Source: Halotalea alkalilenta DSM 17697
GTDB taxonomy: Bacteria > Pseudomonadota > Gammaproteobacteria > Pseudomonadales > Halomonadaceae
NCBI RefSeq assembly: GCF_000621205.1
Contig: NZ_JHYY01000021.1
Location: 106,719-138,718 of the forward strand
Direction of reading: 5' to 3'
DNA length: 32,000 nucleotides
Shown: piece by piece, positions 29,526 to 32,000 of the stretch
Layout of the letters: each line of letters begins with the position of its first letter
Position numbering within the stretch: position 1 is the first letter of the stretch
Notes under the pieces: generated by a model
What the model saw: the letters and a program-made list of their open reading frames with translations, nothing else
What the model was told of the DNA's origin: nothing
The model's database searches: none
Position numbers and translations under genes: made by a program

Positions 29526-30311
29526 ATGACGATCGACCTCGGCCGCCACGGCATACGTGAATCGGACGATCCGACGATCCCTGGCGACTACGTCTCGCCG
29601 GTGACCGGCTATGAGACCAACTCGCTGATCGAGAATCCTGCCAACCTGCACCAGCCGCCGATGGTGTTCGATCCCTACCAGTCGACCCGGCTGCGCGGCC
29701 CGCGCAACAAGCTGGTGCCAGTCGCATCGAGCCGTACCGAGCGGACCGCGCCGGTCTATGGCTTCCACAACATCGGACGGATGGACAACGACCTGACGAT
29801 CCAGCACGACGGCCAGCCGCTGGGCGAAAAGATCGTGATCGTAGGCCAAGTCCGCAACGACGCGGGGCAGCCACTGCCCAACACGCTGATCGAGATCTGG
29901 CAGGCCAACGCCTCGGGGCGCTACATCCACAAGAAGGACCAGCACCCCGCGCCGCTCGACCCTAACTTCACCGGCGCCGGACGCACCTTCACCGATGAAA
30001 ACGGCTATTACAAGTTCATCACCATTCGCCCGGGGCCTTATCCCTGGGGCAATCACCATGATGCCTGGCGCCCGGCGCACATCCACTTTTCGCTGCTCGG
30101 CCGCGCCTTCCACCAGCGGTTGGTCACCCAGATGTACTTTCCCGGAGACCAGCTGCTCGAGATCGATCCGATCTACATGGCCAACCCCAGCGCTCGCGCC
30201 CGCGACCTGCTGATCGCCCGCTTCGATCGCCGCTTCGACGTACCGGGCATCGCACTTGGCTATCGTTTCGACATCGTGATCGGCTCGCCGCGCGCGACCC
30301 CGTTCGAATAA
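29526..30311 (+). CDS. pcaH: Protocatechuate 3,4-dioxygenase beta subunit
   Basis: 261 aa. EIWQANASGRYIHKKDQHPAPLDPNFTGAGR, RPGPYPWGNHHDAWRPAHIHFS (Tyr/Tyr/His/His iron ligands). Confidence 0.96.
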   Translation: MTIDLGRHGIRESDDPTIPGDYVSPVTGYETNSLIENPANLHQPPMVFDPYQSTRLRGPRNKLVPVASSRTERTAPVYGFHNIGRMDNDLTIQHDGQPLGEKIVIVGQVRNDAGQPLPNTLIEIWQANASGRYIHKKDQHPAPLDPNFTGAGRTFTDENGYYKFITIRPGPYPWGNHHDAWRPAHIHFSLLGRAFHQRLVTQMYFPGDQLLEIDPIYMANPSARARDLLIARFDRRFDVPGIALGYRFDIVIGSPRATPFE

Positions 30312-30329
30312 CGCAAGGAGATTCGACCG

Positions 30330-30914
30330 ATGACCACCACCCCACGAGCGATGCGCGAGATGGAGACCTCGCGGCTGCCGAGCGGCAGCCAAACAGTCGG
30401 CCCCTTCTTTCACTACGGACTGCTCGAGAACGGTGACGTACCCTTGATCCGCGGCACCGATGCGCCAGCCGGGCAACGGATACGGATCGAGGGCCGGGTG
30501 TTCGACGGCGCGGGCGATCCGGTCAACGATGCGCTGCTCGAGATCTGGCAAGCCGACGGCTTCGGACAGTTCAATACCGAGTGCGCGGAGGCGTCGTTCG
30601 ACGGCTTCGGACGGCTGCACTCACGCGAGGATGGCAGCTTCGTGATCGACACGGTGCTGCCGGGCCGGGTCGACGGTCAGGCTTCGCACCTGAATCTGCA
30701 CCTGTTCTCGCGCGGGCTGTTGAACCATCTGTTCACCCGCATCTACTTCGAGGGCGAACCCGGGCTCGACAGCGACCCCATGCTCACCGAAGTGCCCGAG
30801 GCTCGTCGCCGCACGCTGATCGCACGCCGCGACGGCAGCAGCGACGGCCTCGACCGCTACCGTTTCGACTTGCACATGCAGGGCAGCGAAGAGACGGTGT
30901 TCTTCGCTCTCTGA
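30330..30914 (+). CDS. pcaG: Protocatechuate 3,4-dioxygenase alpha subunit
   Basis: 194 aa. LPSGSQTVGPFFHYGLL, EIWQADGFGQFNT, ASHLNLHLFSRGLLNHLFTRIYFEGE. Confidence 0.95.
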   Translation: MTTTPRAMREMETSRLPSGSQTVGPFFHYGLLENGDVPLIRGTDAPAGQRIRIEGRVFDGAGDPVNDALLEIWQADGFGQFNTECAEASFDGFGRLHSREDGSFVIDTVLPGRVDGQASHLNLHLFSRGLLNHLFTRIYFEGEPGLDSDPMLTEVPEARRRTLIARRDGSSDGLDRYRFDLHMQGSEETVFFAL

Positions 30915-31099
30915 GCCCCAGGCGCCGGGCCGTGCCCGGCGCCGGCCTCCCCTCATCCGCGGGAATTCGCGCATGCAGCCCGGTCTGGTCGCCATCGGCA
31001 TCGTCGCTCCGGCAGCCGGTGAGCGGCGATGCTGCACAGCCCGAAAGCCTGTTAGGATTTCGCTGAATCATCCACGTCATCCACCACGAGCGAGCCAAG

Positions 31100-31519
31100 A
31101 TGAGAATCCTCCTGCTCCACGGCCCCAACCTCGACCTGCTCGGCAAGCGCCAGCCCGAGATCTATGGTCACGAGACCCTCCAGGACATCGAGAACAAGGT
31201 CCGTGGACATGCCTTCGGGCGGGCCGAGATCGAGTGCTACCAATCGAATCACGAGGGGGAGCTGATCGAGGCAATCCATCGCGCGCGCCAGGGCTGCGAT
31301 GCGGTCATCATCAATGCAGGCGCCTATACCCACACATCGGTGGCAATTCTCGACGCCTTGAATGCGTTCGACGGCAAGGTGGTCGAAGTTCATCTTTCCA
31401 ACGTGCATCGCCGTGAAGAGTTCCGACACCGCTCCTACATCGCCGGAAGAGCGGACGGGATCATCATCGGTCTCGGTTCCTACGGCTATCTCGCCGCGGT
31501 CGACTTCCTCACCCAGTAA
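31100..31519 (+). CDS. aroQ: Type II 3-dehydroquinate dehydratase
   Basis: 139 aa. [71 protein letters not shown]. Confidence 0.96.
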   Translation: MRILLLHGPNLDLLGKRQPEIYGHETLQDIENKVRGHAFGRAEIECYQSNHEGELIEAIHRARQGCDAVIINAGAYTHTSVAILDALNAFDGKVVEVHLSNVHRREEFRHRSYIAGRADGIIIGLGSYGYLAAVDFLTQ

Positions 31520-31587
31520 GCCCCTTCCCCTCCATGCCGGCTCATACCACCCCGGGGAGCATCGCCCGGGCCTCGTAGGCCGCCGCT

Positions 31588-31614
31588 CGTCGCCCCCCGG
31601 CACACGGGGCGACG
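31588..31614. terminator. Hairpin downstream of aroQ
   Basis: CGTCGCCCC/GGGGCGACG, 9-bp perfect stem. A second 7-bp hairpin GCTCGCT-GGGC-AGCGAGC lies at 31651-31668. Confidence 0.5.
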
Positions 31615-31847
31615 CGGCTGGCCGAGCATCGCCTCGCCCCGGCGTGCCGCGCTCGCTGGGCAGCGAGCTGCCCCCCCACGTCCCAAGCTCGGGAAAGGCC
31701 GCTCCAATCCTGCCAAACCCATGAATCAATCATAAAAAACAATAAGTTGCGCCACAGATCTCTACATCGATGGCACATTCTGGGGCATTTCTAAGACGTT
31801 GGTTGAAATGTAGGCGGCAGCGACTGCCTTTATGATCCAGGCCACGT

Positions 31848-31881
31848 TCGAGGTGAAAACATTTGTTCGCATAGCGTAAAT
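31848..31881 (+). promoter_or_regulatory. Candidate pca operator upstream of the PcaK-like gene (GTTCGAGG...GTTCGCATAGCGTAA)
   Basis: Two GTTCG half-sites starting 19 bp apart (31848 and 31867). The second matches the pcaB-upstream element. Confidence 0.5.
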
Positions 31882-31933
31882 ATTACCTAGTGAGCGGAGC
31901 CGCACCCCGTCATCGAAGGATGAGGAGAGCCAC

Positions 31934-32000
31934 ATGCAGCGTTTCAAACAGGATGTCGAGACCTTCGTCGATGAGCGTCCGCTAGGCGGGTTCCAATGGC
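31934..32000 (+). CDS. pcaK: Start of an aromatic acid:H+ symporter (AAHS/MFS family, PcaK-like), truncated by the window end
   Basis: MQRFKQDVETFVDERPLGGFQW resembles the cytosolic N-terminus of PcaK/BenK-type transporters (compare ...VQSFINQQPLSRYQWRVVLL). GAGGAGAG SD upstream. Only 22 codons are visible. Confidence 0.6.
   Translation, partial: MQRFKQDVETFVDERPLGGFQW

Noticed and set aside
29343-30620. 425-aa minus-strand ORF opposite pcaH
   Set aside because: Antisense shadow with no motifs. pcaH on the plus strand has all the iron ligands.

Overview
This 32 kb window is GC-rich gammaproteobacterial chromosome. The gene content and order suggest Halomonadaceae, but that is an inference. 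Most of it is ordinary core or catabolic DNA: typA/bipA, two adjacent and divergent uppP genes, wrbA, ligB, a 1-Cys peroxiredoxin, an aldose epimerase, gloA, an NlpC/P60 lipoprotein, an NAD-type isocitrate dehydrogenase, an EmrE-like SMR pump, a HAD hydrolase, a Tat-exported amidohydrolase and a D-Ala-D-Ala carboxypeptidase. Two accessory blocks stand out. (1) A minus-strand operon at 4673-10293 encodes a PdxA-family dehydrogenase, the tripartite tricarboxylate transporter TctC/TctB/TctA and a homoserine-dehydrogenase-like/SAF-domain oxidoreductase, with a divergent FadR-type GntR regulator. The PdxA-like protein has lost several residues expected for binding a phosphorylated substrate, and no DUF1537 kinase is nearby. 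This is the best candidate here for an uncharacterised carboxylate catabolic pathway. (2) A protocatechuate/beta-ketoadipate locus has the order IclR regulator <- -> pcaB, pcaI-pcaJ-pcaF-pcaDC(fusion)-pcaH-pcaG, aroQ, then the start of a PcaK-like AAHS transporter at the window edge. A repeated GTTCGCAT-type motif precedes three of its transcription units. A 17-bp hairpin also occludes the ligB Shine-Dalgarno sequence. I saw no CRISPR array, tRNA/rRNA, transposase, phage or recognisable defence system. I do not claim a wholly new biological system.
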